A DNA stretch of 64,000 nucleotides, taken from Candidatus Poribacteria bacterium. GTDB lineage: Bacteria > Poribacteria > WGA-4E > PCPOR2b. The notes under the pieces were generated by a model. The model was given only the letters and a program-made list of their open reading frames with translations, was not told the origin of the DNA and searched no databases. The DNA lies in NCBI GenBank assembly GCA_965208675.1, contig OZ242351.1, positions 4,736,001-4,800,000 on the forward strand, read 5' to 3'. Position numbers and translations under genes: made by a program. Below are positions 48,240 through 57,637 of the stretch, piece after piece. How positions within the stretch are numbered: the first letter of the stretch is position 1; each line of letters opens with the position of its first letter.

Positions 48240-48822
48240 TTGTTTCGCAAAATCCCGTGAAGTAGATGTTGATGTATTCTTGCCCAACGCCTTTCTCCCA
48301 TTGTGCCCATATTATTGCCGCATAGTCAGATCCATGATCTTGGGTCTGAGGTCTAACGACTGATAATTGTGCATGGGTAGAAAAGGAATCGGAGGGTAAT
48401 CATGGAGAATGTTGCGTGTTGAAAGATCGATTAATGCCTAACTGGATTACGTTGTGCTATGGTGCGCACGGCACACATGTCCGTATTTGGTCGAAGGATG
48501 CCTCCACAACCAGCCATGTAAATTGGATTCGTATTGTGATGGCCATCATGGCAGTAGTGTCGGCGAGTTCTGCTGCTTTTCGACAAAATTAGCTAAAGAT
48601 ATGGCAAATTAACACAATTTGATACTTTCTCTCTTTCATGAGCATGTGCCATCATCTAAACAGACTTTGGACTTTTACAGAAGAAAAAAGAGTAGGCAAT
48701 TAGGGGAAGACTGTTGAACCTCCAAATAGGTTATCACGGTTTGGCGAACATTAGGGCGGTTGAAACGGATTCTTCATTAACCGCGTGATACCTAGATTGC
48801 AGGCTTAAATCAAACAGCCAAA

Positions 48823-49662
48823 ATGCTAGATTTTCGTTCGATAGAGTCACTCATTGAACTTGCGCTCGCGGAGGACATTGGAACCGGCGACATAACTACC
48901 GAGGCCACAGTTTCCACTACGCAAAAAGGAATCGGCGTTATTGTTGTCGAGGACGATGGTGTGATTGCTGGACTTCCGGTGGTTGAACGTGTTTTTCAAA
49001 AGATTGACCCGTCACTTGAATTTCGGAAGTTTGTCGCGGATAGCGATAGGGTTAGGAAGATGACTCCAATCGCTGAAGTAAGGGGCAGCGTGAAACCCAT
49101 CCTCACCGGTGAACGCACTGCGCTCAATTTTCTGCAGCGTCTGTCGGGAACTGCAACGATGACCGCGCAGTTTGTTGAGCTAGCTGAGAAATATGATGTG
49201 CAGATCACGGATACACGTAAGTCCACCGCTGGTTGGCGAGCTGTTCAGAAGTACGCCGTCAGTATGGGCGGCGGGAATAATCATCGTTTTGGACTTTTTG
49301 ATGGCATCCTTATCAAAGATAATCACATTATAGCAGCCGGCAGTGTTTCCAGAGCTGTGAAGAAGGCTAAATTTACAGCCCCACACACCATGAAGATTGA
49401 GGTTGAAGTCGAAACACCCGATCAAGTTGAAGAAGCCATGAGTGAAGGAGCAGACATTCTATTACTGGATAACATGCCAGTGGAGCTTATGAGAACTACC
49501 GTCGAAAAAGTCGCTGGTCGAGTCCTTATAGAAGCATCGGGAAATGTAACGATTGACAAAGTAGACGCCGTTGCGGCAACGGGAGTAGATTTAATCTCTG
49601 TCGGGGCATTGACGCATTCGGCGATTCCCTTAGACATGAGTTTGGATTTAACGTTAAACTGA
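48823..49662 (+). CDS. nadC: Quinolinate phosphoribosyltransferase
   Basis: ED...GDITT, GERTALNFLQRLSG, DTRKS, HRFGL.D..LIKDNH, EVEVE, LLDNM, EASG, ISVGALTHS. Confidence 0.97.
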   Translation: MLDFRSIESLIELALAEDIGTGDITTEATVSTTQKGIGVIVVEDDGVIAGLPVVERVFQKIDPSLEFRKFVADSDRVRKMTPIAEVRGSVKPILTGERTALNFLQRLSGTATMTAQFVELAEKYDVQITDTRKSTAGWRAVQKYAVSMGGGNNHRFGLFDGILIKDNHIIAAGSVSRAVKKAKFTAPHTMKIEVEVETPDQVEEAMSEGADILLLDNMPVELMRTTVEKVAGRVLIEASGNVTIDKVDAVAATGVDLISVGALTHSAIPLDMSLDLTLN

Positions 49663-49710
49663 AGTAATGGGATTAAAGCACGAGTAAGCATGGCTTTGAA
49701 ATAAAAACCG

Positions 49711-50757
49711 ATGCAAGCGTTCTTGAGTCAGTCGCTGAACCGAAAGAATATTATTCGTGGGTTTCTATTTTTTGTACTCTGTACACTAATTGGCTTGTAT
49801 GTCAGTTTTTTGTGGGGAGGCACGAAAAATCTAGGCAGCGCGTTGAGTTCGATACGCGGCAAGTTCTTAATTATTGCGCTGTTTTGCATGCTATCGGATT
49901 GGGCATGTGGCGCCGCACGCTTCTACATTTTTGTGCGAAAGATGACACCGCAGGTCACCTTTTTTGATAGCATCCGCGCCACTTTAGCAACACTTTGCGT
50001 GGGTGGAATCACGCCGTTTCAGATGGGAGGAGTCGGATACATCTACATTTTCAACCGGAGCGGAGTACCACTATCGGGTTGTATGACGCTAGGCATCATC
50101 AGTTTTATCGGTACGCTGATGTTTCTTATCTGTTCAGCGGGCTACGCTGTCTGGAAATCTCCCAGTTTTTTACCCAAAGGGTTTGCCATATTCGGCCAAT
50201 ATAGTTTAGCGATGTTTGCCCTTGTGCTCTTGTTCTTGTTCGTCATGGTCATCAAGCCCGGCGTTCTCCTGTTTCCGTTGACGAAGATTCGCCTCATGAA
50301 CCGCCGCGGTTTTCCATTCCCCACCAAGGTTTTGAATCGTTTGGTGTTATCGGTTGAGAAATTAATTGGGGAGCACAAGGCGTTTACCCACATGTTCATC
50401 GCACACCACAAGGGAGTCTTTGCTTTGAGTCTTCTCTTTTCGGGCGGCATATACATGAGCCGATTCGTGGGCGGATATGTTATTGTGCAGGTGTTAGGCG
50501 GAAACGCGCCGTTTTGGGACGTTATTGCAGCACAAGCAATACTACACTTTACAACACTGTTCGCACCAAGCCCGGGCGCAAGCGGAATCGCCGAATTTTT
50601 TACTGTTGTTCTAATGGAGGATTTGATTAAACCCGACGTGGTTGCGCTGTACGCACTAATGACACGTTTTTTCACAACTTATTTTGCTGTCGCCATTGGA
50701 GGAACCGTTTTAGTCCCACAATTGGCGAAGGACTTGAAGCAGGGAAAAGTCGAATAG
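49711..50757 (+). CDS. Lysylphosphatidylglycerol-synthase TM (flippase-like, UPF0104) protein
   Basis: Multi-TM; GITPFQMGG and APSPGASGIAE motifs. Confidence 0.8.
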   Translation: MQAFLSQSLNRKNIIRGFLFFVLCTLIGLYVSFLWGGTKNLGSALSSIRGKFLIIALFCMLSDWACGAARFYIFVRKMTPQVTFFDSIRATLATLCVGGITPFQMGGVGYIYIFNRSGVPLSGCMTLGIISFIGTLMFLICSAGYAVWKSPSFLPKGFAIFGQYSLAMFALVLLFLFVMVIKPGVLLFPLTKIRLMNRRGFPFPTKVLNRLVLSVEKLIGEHKAFTHMFIAHHKGVFALSLLFSGGIYMSRFVGGYVIVQVLGGNAPFWDVIAAQAILHFTTLFAPSPGASGIAEFFTVVLMEDLIKPDVVALYALMTRFFTTYFAVAIGGTVLVPQLAKDLKQGKVE

Positions 50758-50797
50758 TTCGTGTTTTGAGAGTTGCACGCGATTTGGACATCTAAGT

Positions 50798-51796
50798 ATG
50801 AAGGCATTCGTCACTGGCAGCACGGGTTTCATTGGTAGCCACCTCGTCGAGTTTCTCGTCCGCCAAGGTATTCACGTAACCTGCCTAGTGCGAAAAACGA
50901 GCGATTTACGCTGGCTCAAACATCTGCTGAATGCGGATTCTGAACCGATTGAACTGGTTACAGCGGATATTGGCGATTATGATACTCTCGCCCAATTGGT
51001 CAAAGATACAAACCTTGTTTTCCATCTTGCAGGATTAACGAAGGCGCCTGACGCTGCGACTTACGATCGAGTCAATGTACAGGGAACCAAGAACCTAATC
51101 AAAGCCTGTTTACGAAAAAATTCCGACTTGGACCGGTTCGTATATTGCAGCAGCCTTGCGGCAATGGGACCGTGTTCTTCCGCGACACCAATGACTGAAG
51201 ACGCTTCTCCGCAACCTTTGACAGACTATGGTAGAAGCAAGCTAAAAGGCGAATATGTAACATACGAATATGCCAATCGATTGCCGATTACCATTATTCG
51301 CCCGCCCGCAGTCTATGGTCCACGGGATACTGATGTTTTTCTCTATTTTCAGTTCGTTGAAAGAGGGCTGATGCCAACCCTTGGCAATGAGGAAAGGCTC
51401 TTGAGTTTGGTTCATGTCAAGGACTTGGTAGCTGGAATCTACGCCGCCGCTGCCTCCAATCTTGCTATCGGAGAAGCTTATTTCCTCACGGATGGTGCTC
51501 TGCATTCATGGAATGATATCGGAAGTACAATTGCTTACGCGTTAAAAAAATGCCCTCTCAGACTTACCGTACCTTTCGTAATATTGGACATGATTGCGAT
51601 GTGTACTGAAATTGCAGCCAGAATAACTCGTCAGGCCCCGACCTTAAATCGACAAAAGATACGTGAACTCAAACAGCGATTTTGGATATGTGACAGTACA
51701 AAAGCGCAGCAACAGTTTGGTTTTGCCCCAGTGTATCCGCTTGAAAAGGGAATTCAGGAGACCGCAGAATGGTATCGCTTAAGTAATTGGCTTTAA
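50798..51796 (+). CDS. NAD-dependent epimerase/dehydratase (extended SDR)
   Basis: VTGSTGFIG, HLAG, SSLAA, YGRSK, RPPAVYGP. Confidence 0.9.
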   Translation: MKAFVTGSTGFIGSHLVEFLVRQGIHVTCLVRKTSDLRWLKHLLNADSEPIELVTADIGDYDTLAQLVKDTNLVFHLAGLTKAPDAATYDRVNVQGTKNLIKACLRKNSDLDRFVYCSSLAAMGPCSSATPMTEDASPQPLTDYGRSKLKGEYVTYEYANRLPITIIRPPAVYGPRDTDVFLYFQFVERGLMPTLGNEERLLSLVHVKDLVAGIYAAAASNLAIGEAYFLTDGALHSWNDIGSTIAYALKKCPLRLTVPFVILDMIAMCTEIAARITRQAPTLNRQKIRELKQRFWICDSTKAQQQFGFAPVYPLEKGIQETAEWYRLSNWL

Positions 51797-51914
51797 ACTC
51801 AGGAGGGAGAGAAGATAATGGAATAGAGTACATTTGACAGGAAGATAAAGGCTGCATAGGTACATAAATTGATTTCGTATGAATATTTTCTACTCAAGAA
51901 CATGGAGGCGATTA

Positions 51915-52823
51915 ATGGGAATAACGATCCATCCAGAAAAGACAAAAATCGGCTGGGTTGGGACTGGGGTAATGGGACGCTGGATGTGCCAGCATATCAT
52001 TAATCTCGGATATTCTGCAACTGTCTACAGCCGGACGAAAGAAAAAGCACAACCGTTACTTGACAGCGGGGCAATTTGGGCAGATGACCCGAGTAAAGTT
52101 GCCGCAGCGTCCGATGTAATCTTCACAATTGTAGGGTTCCCGCCGGATGTGAGGGAAGTTTATCTTGGTGATAACGGCATCTTAAAGGGCGCAAAAGCGG
52201 GTAACATCATCGTTGACATGACGACGACGGAACCGTCACTTGCACAAGAAATATATGAACAAGCAAGTTCGCAGGGAATTTCGTCCGTTGATGCACCGGT
52301 CTCAGGAGGAGATGTCGGTGCGCGCGATGCGCGGCTTTCCATAATGGTGGGCGGGGATTCCGACGTTGTTGAAACCATCATGCCGCTTTTCGAAGCCATG
52401 GGAAAAAACATCGTGCATCAGGGTGCTGCGGGAGCCGGACAGCACACCAAGATGTGCAATCAGATTACAATTGCCGGAACAATGATTGGAGTCTGTGAAG
52501 GGTTGTTCTACGGATATAGGGCGGGTTTAGATTTGGAGACAATGCTCTCATCAATTAGCGGCGGTGCGGCAGCATGTTGGGCGTTGAGCAATCTTGCGCC
52601 CCGCATTCTTCAGCGTGATTTTGATCCGGGCTTTTTCGTTGAGCACTTCATTAAAGATATGGGGATCGCGCTTGATGAAGCCGAGAAGCTGAACATGAGT
52701 CTTCCCGGACTCGCGCTTGTACATCAGCTTTATCTCGCCGTTAAAGCCCAAGGTCATGGGCGCCTTGGCACGCAAGCACTCATGTTAGCTCTAGAGCAGA
52801 TGTCGAACGCGAAAGTTGATTAG
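51915..52823 (+). CDS. 3-hydroxyisobutyrate dehydrogenase/tartronate semialdehyde reductase family oxidoreductase
   Basis: [39 protein letters not shown]. Start set at ATG 51915 behind GGAGG. Confidence 0.9.
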   Translation: MGITIHPEKTKIGWVGTGVMGRWMCQHIINLGYSATVYSRTKEKAQPLLDSGAIWADDPSKVAAASDVIFTIVGFPPDVREVYLGDNGILKGAKAGNIIVDMTTTEPSLAQEIYEQASSQGISSVDAPVSGGDVGARDARLSIMVGGDSDVVETIMPLFEAMGKNIVHQGAAGAGQHTKMCNQITIAGTMIGVCEGLFYGYRAGLDLETMLSSISGGAAACWALSNLAPRILQRDFDPGFFVEHFIKDMGIALDEAEKLNMSLPGLALVHQLYLAVKAQGHGRLGTQALMLALEQMSNAKVD

Positions 52824-53119
52824 AAATTGCTAACGCTTCGTTTTCCCTGGTTTTTCGAACGCTACAATCTACGCACGCCGCCTCAGGTGTAAAGGGTGTT
52901 TTGAAATCGTCCCAATCAGGATTGGGATTGGTCAAATCCATCGAATGCCTACATGACCTATCGAACAACCGCGCCGCGTGAAGGAATACTTGGTAGAATC
53001 AGAATTTAATCTTAACCGAAAATATCAGTCTTTTCCGGCATGCACAGCGGTTTAAATGGGCGAATTGAAGCACAATTCGGAAACAATTCATTTTTTTCTG
53101 CGTTTTATGCAACAAATAC

Positions 53120-53149
53120 TTGACGATGCACCACTAACTATTGTATAAT
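53120..53149 (+). promoter_or_regulatory. Sigma70 promoter upstream of the rho leader
   Basis: TTGACG-18 nt-TATAAT. Confidence 0.65.
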
Positions 53150-53708
53150 AGCGCATTCATGACGGAAATTTCCCCCCAGTAATCACCTATTATCCACCGC
53201 ACAGATTTGCTTCGTCTGAACCTGCTTTGCTACTTCAAAGTAAATTTGAAGCCTCTTCTATTGGACTTTTTCAGTGATGGCGGAATCTGCGCCCTAAATT
53301 TCGGAAGTTTATGTCAGTGATTTAAGTCTCGACCGCCCAAATACCCTGCATAGCGTAGTAAAACCTATCCAATCCTTGAAAATATTAATTGAGCAATAAT
53401 CGGCAAGGGTTTTGTGAAAGACTTCTGGAATTGGATGGAAAATTCGCAAATTCTGCAATGTTTCCGAAGTGGTTTATGCCTTTGATTTAGAATCCAACCA
53501 AAAATAGTTTTGTGTCTTCATGCCCAATTATCCGATCTAATTCTTTTGCAATGGTTTGCCTTATCTTTGCGTTTCATCCAATGGGGTAAGTGGAAAATAG
53601 CATGTTAAAAATGCTTACTTTTCATCTTTGAAGTTGTGAAGCCGTGCGTAAGCTAACTATGAGCAACTTACTTTATGTGTCGGTTGTTAATGAGGAGTAA
53701 CTAATAAT

Positions 53709-55028
53709 ATGGAGAATGTGGACATTACTAAACTCCAAGAATCGACGATCTCCGAACTCAATGCTACGGCTGGGAAACTTGGCTTGAGCGGTTATAGCGG
53801 CCTCCGAAAACAAGATTTGATAACTCGGATTCTAGAGGCCAAAGCAGCGAGCAGTGGTTCGTTGTTTGGAGGAGGTATTCTTGAGATTTTAACGGATCGA
53901 GATCAAGGGTATGGATTCCTTCGTTCATCTCGATATAACTATTTGCAGAGCAATGATGACATTTATGTGTCTCCCTCTCAGATTCGAAAGTTTGGTCTGC
54001 GGACGGGACATGAGGTTCAGGGGCAAATCCGTCCGCCGAAAAAGGATGGCAACAAAGAAGAATATTACTTTGCGTTATTGAAGATTCAAGAAGTCAATGG
54101 TGAGAATCCTGAATTTGCAAAGGACAAAATTCTTTTTGATAATTTAACGCCTGTCTATCCCTATGAACAGTTAAAGCTTGAACATGATCCGCTCGAATTC
54201 TCGACGCGAATCGTCGATTTGATGTCGCCCATCGGCAAGGGTCAACGCGGTCTTATAATTGCACCTCCGTACAGCGGTAAAACCACGCTGTTGAAAAATA
54301 TTGCTAGCGGCATCACCGCGAATCATCCAGAGGTGATGCTGATTGTGCTATTGATTGATGAACGCCCGGAGGAAGTTACCGATGTTGCGCGTTCGGTTAA
54401 AGGAGAGGTCATCAGTTCGACTTTCGACGAGCATCCTGAGCGCCATGTGCAAGTTGCAGAAATTGTTATTGAAAAGGCTCAAAGGTCGGTGGAATTTGGC
54501 AAAGATGTAGTGATTTTGTTGGATAGCATGACGCGGCTGGCGCGTGCATATAATGTTGTAGCGCCCCACAGCGGCAAAACGTTAACAGGCGGATTGGATG
54601 CACTTGCTTTCATTAAACCTCGAAAACTATTTGGTGCTGGACGGAAGATTGAAGAAGGGGGTAGCTTGACCATTATGTCCACGGCCCTGATTGATACGGA
54701 AAGCCGTGCTGACGAACACATTTATGAAGAATTCAAAGGTACGGCAAACATGGAAATACACTTAGAACGATCGCTGTTAGATCGACGAATTTTTCCATCA
54801 ATTAACATCAACAAATCGAAGACGCGACGAGAAGAGCTATTACTTAAACCAGAAGTACTTAGCAAAGTATGGCTTTTGCGAAAGTTCATGGGCCAGATGA
54901 GCACCGCTGAATCAATGGAACTCTTTGTGGAACAGCTAGGCAAAACAGATTCCAATGAGGCGTTTTTGGAGATGATGGTTGATAACAAGCCGAAAAACCC
55001 ACCTTCGCGAGGGCGTTACCAATGGTAG
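53709..55028 (+). CDS. rho: Transcription termination factor Rho
   Basis: GYGFLR, DIYVSPSQIR, PIGKGQR, GKTTL, LIDERPEEVTD, STFDE, EEFKGTAN, TRREELL. Confidence 0.98.
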   Translation: MENVDITKLQESTISELNATAGKLGLSGYSGLRKQDLITRILEAKAASSGSLFGGGILEILTDRDQGYGFLRSSRYNYLQSNDDIYVSPSQIRKFGLRTGHEVQGQIRPPKKDGNKEEYYFALLKIQEVNGENPEFAKDKILFDNLTPVYPYEQLKLEHDPLEFSTRIVDLMSPIGKGQRGLIIAPPYSGKTTLLKNIASGITANHPEVMLIVLLIDERPEEVTDVARSVKGEVISSTFDEHPERHVQVAEIVIEKAQRSVEFGKDVVILLDSMTRLARAYNVVAPHSGKTLTGGLDALAFIKPRKLFGAGRKIEEGGSLTIMSTALIDTESRADEHIYEEFKGTANMEIHLERSLLDRRIFPSININKSKTRREELLLKPEVLSKVWLLRKFMGQMSTAESMELFVEQLGKTDSNEAFLEMMVDNKPKNPPSRGRYQW

Positions 55029-55073
55029 TTCATTTTGTAGTCAATTTTCTAGTTTTTGGGGGAGAATATCAAC

Positions 55074-55292
55074 GTGAAAACAGAAATTCATCCGCAGACG
55101 ATGAAGTGTGTCATCAATTGCGTTTGCGGCGCAACATTTGAAACTACTTCGACCAAGCCTCAGATACGAATTGAAGTTTGTGCGAAATGCCATCCCTATT
55201 ACACCGGACAGCAGACAATGATTGATACGGCTGGCCGCGTGGAAAACTTCCGGCGAAAATACGGGATTTCCGCGGAAACCGAGGATGACTAA
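55074..55292 (+). CDS. rpmE: 50S ribosomal protein L31 (Zn-binding, C+ type)
   Basis: MKTEIHP, CVCG, CAKCHPYYTG, DTAGRVE.F; GTG start behind GGAG. Confidence 0.97.
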   Translation: MKTEIHPQTMKCVINCVCGATFETTSTKPQIRIEVCAKCHPYYTGQQTMIDTAGRVENFRRKYGISAETEDD

Positions 55293-55499
55293 CGCAGTAA
55301 ATTATTAAATTATATCGACCATGCAATTTAACACCGTGAATTGCCGGGGGCAAGCGTCCATCTTAAAGCGATGATGCATGCCCCCATTTGTTAGGAGTAA
55401 TCTGTATTGCGTAATGGATTAATGAGAAGATTAATGTGTTCCAAGATATATGCAACACCGCCATCGTGAAATATTCACTCTCACCATTGTATTTGCCAA

Positions 55500-56564
55500 A
55501 TGTTAGAAAAGCTAAAAGATTTTGAATCCAAATATCAAGATATTGAAAAGGCATTAGCTGATCCGGGACAAATAGCTAATCACCAAAGGTTGCAGCAGCT
55601 CAGCAAGGCGCACGCGGAGTTAGCGCCGATTGTCTCCGCCTATAAAGAATACCAAATAACAGAGAAAGATATTCAGAACACATTGTCGCTCATTGAGCAA
55701 GAAACCGAAGAAGAATTTATCGAGTTTGCCAAGAGTGAACTCGATTCTCTGAATAGTCAGAAAGCTCGTTTAGAAGCCCAACTCAGAATTCTAATGCTTC
55801 CCAAAGATCCAAACGATGAAAAAAATGTAATCATGGAGATTCGTGCAGGCACGGGCGGTGAGGAAGCGAGCTTGTTTGCAGCCGAACTCTTCAGAATGTA
55901 TGCAAGATATGCTGAAAATCAGGGTTGTAAAATAGATTTGCTTAGTTCGCACAACACCGGATTGAAAGGATTTAAGGAGGTTATTTTCACAGCACAAGGA
56001 CGAGGTGCTTACAGTAAACTCAAATACGAGGGAGGAATCCATCGGGTGCAACGTATTCCTGCGACGGAGGCGAGCGGCCGCATCCATACGTCGGCTGTTA
56101 CCGTTGCGGTATTGCCAGAAGCTGAAGATGTTGATTTGAGCATCAGTTCGGAAGACTTGCAGGTCGATGTGTACCGATCGTCGGGTCCAGGCGGCCAGAG
56201 CGTAAATACAACCGATTCCGCAGTACGCATTACTCACTTGCCGTCCGGACTTGTTGTCACTTGCCAGGATGAAAAGTCACAGCACAAAAATAAGGCAAAG
56301 GCAATGAAAATATTGCGTTCGCGACTGTTGGAGAAGATGCAGTCTGAACAGGAGGCGGAACGCGCGCAAACACGGAAATCGATGGTCGGCAGTGGGGATC
56401 GAAGCGAAAAAATACGTACCTATAATTATTCCCAGAACCGCGTAACAGACCATCGAATTGGACTGAGTGTTTATCAACTGGATTCGGTTTTAGATGGAGA
56501 ACTAAATCCTTTTATTGATGCATTGATAGCTGCAGATCAGGCAGAGAGGTTAAAGCATTTGTAG
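55500..56564 (+). CDS. prfA: Peptide chain release factor 1
   Basis: EIRAGTGGEEA, PAT tripeptide, GPGGQSVN, RTYN..QNRVTDHRI. Confidence 0.98.
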   Translation: MLEKLKDFESKYQDIEKALADPGQIANHQRLQQLSKAHAELAPIVSAYKEYQITEKDIQNTLSLIEQETEEEFIEFAKSELDSLNSQKARLEAQLRILMLPKDPNDEKNVIMEIRAGTGGEEASLFAAELFRMYARYAENQGCKIDLLSSHNTGLKGFKEVIFTAQGRGAYSKLKYEGGIHRVQRIPATEASGRIHTSAVTVAVLPEAEDVDLSISSEDLQVDVYRSSGPGGQSVNTTDSAVRITHLPSGLVVTCQDEKSQHKNKAKAMKILRSRLLEKMQSEQEAERAQTRKSMVGSGDRSEKIRTYNYSQNRVTDHRIGLSVYQLDSVLDGELNPFIDALIAADQAERLKHL

Positions 56565-56566
56565 CT

Positions 56567-57424
56567 GTGAAAACCTGGCGGGTCATCGACCTAATTGAAT
56601 GGACAACCAAATACTTTAAGCATCAGAATATTCCCAACTCTCGGCTAGATGCCGAACTCCTACTAGGGCACGTCCTAGAAAAGAGCAGATTACAGCTTTA
56701 CTTGAGTTTTGACATGCCCGTATTTGAAGAGAGGTTATCGGAATTCCGAGGATTAATCAAACGGCGGGCGGCGCATACGCCGGTGAGCTACCTCACGAAC
56801 GAGAAGGAATTCATGTCTTTAGCCTTTTATGTCGATTCTCGAGTGCTAATCCCCCGTCCTGAAACAGAAATTCTAGTCGAAACGATTTTGCGACAACAGC
56901 GTGGAAAATGTCGGGTCATTGACATGGGTACGGGCAGTGGAGCCATCGCGGTCAGTCTAGCTTTCCACCACCCCGATTGGGAAATTGTGGCGACCGATAT
57001 GTTTGCGGACGCACTCGACGTTGCTCGAAAAAACGCGTGCATCCATGGCTGCACTGAGCGCATTGCCTTCTTACACGGCGATCTTTTTGCCCCTGTAGAA
57101 CCGTTAGATAATTGTCGTTTTGACTGGATCGCGTCCAACCCCCCGTACATCAGCGCGATAGATTTTCCGACGCTCCCTCCTGAAATACGCGATTATGAAC
57201 CAAAACCTGCGCTTACGGCCGGATGCGATGGACTCAGCATCATTCGCCGGATAATAGCCGGCGCACCGCAGTTTTTGAATCCCAACGGCCGGCTAATCTT
57301 GGAAATTGGCGATAATCAAAGCGGCCAAGTTCAAAATCTTGTCCATTCGAATCCGGCGTATAATGAGTGTCAAATGATAGTAGACTATTCAGGTCGAGAA
57401 CGTATAATTGTTGCTAGTCTCTGA
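56567..57424 (+). CDS. prmC: Release factor glutamine methyltransferase
   Basis: RLDAELLL, LIPRPETE, DMGTGSGAI, SNPPY; directly after prfA. Confidence 0.97.
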   Translation: MKTWRVIDLIEWTTKYFKHQNIPNSRLDAELLLGHVLEKSRLQLYLSFDMPVFEERLSEFRGLIKRRAAHTPVSYLTNEKEFMSLAFYVDSRVLIPRPETEILVETILRQQRGKCRVIDMGTGSGAIAVSLAFHHPDWEIVATDMFADALDVARKNACIHGCTERIAFLHGDLFAPVEPLDNCRFDWIASNPPYISAIDFPTLPPEIRDYEPKPALTAGCDGLSIIRRIIAGAPQFLNPNGRLILEIGDNQSGQVQNLVHSNPAYNECQMIVDYSGRERIIVASL

Positions 57425-57637
57425 AAAAAACGCCATGCCCGACGGCCGCCGTATTGCCCGTTTTAAATTTTAAATCATGGCGATAGCACGCATTTGGGTG
57501 GGATTCAAAAAATGACAACTCTACTTTGGCGGATATTTGACATCGTTGACATACGGGATTTCACCAATGAGTACCGGTGTGCTTTAACCAATGCCGCCGG
57601 AATCATCAAGGATTAACTTTACGGTCCAAAGGCACTG

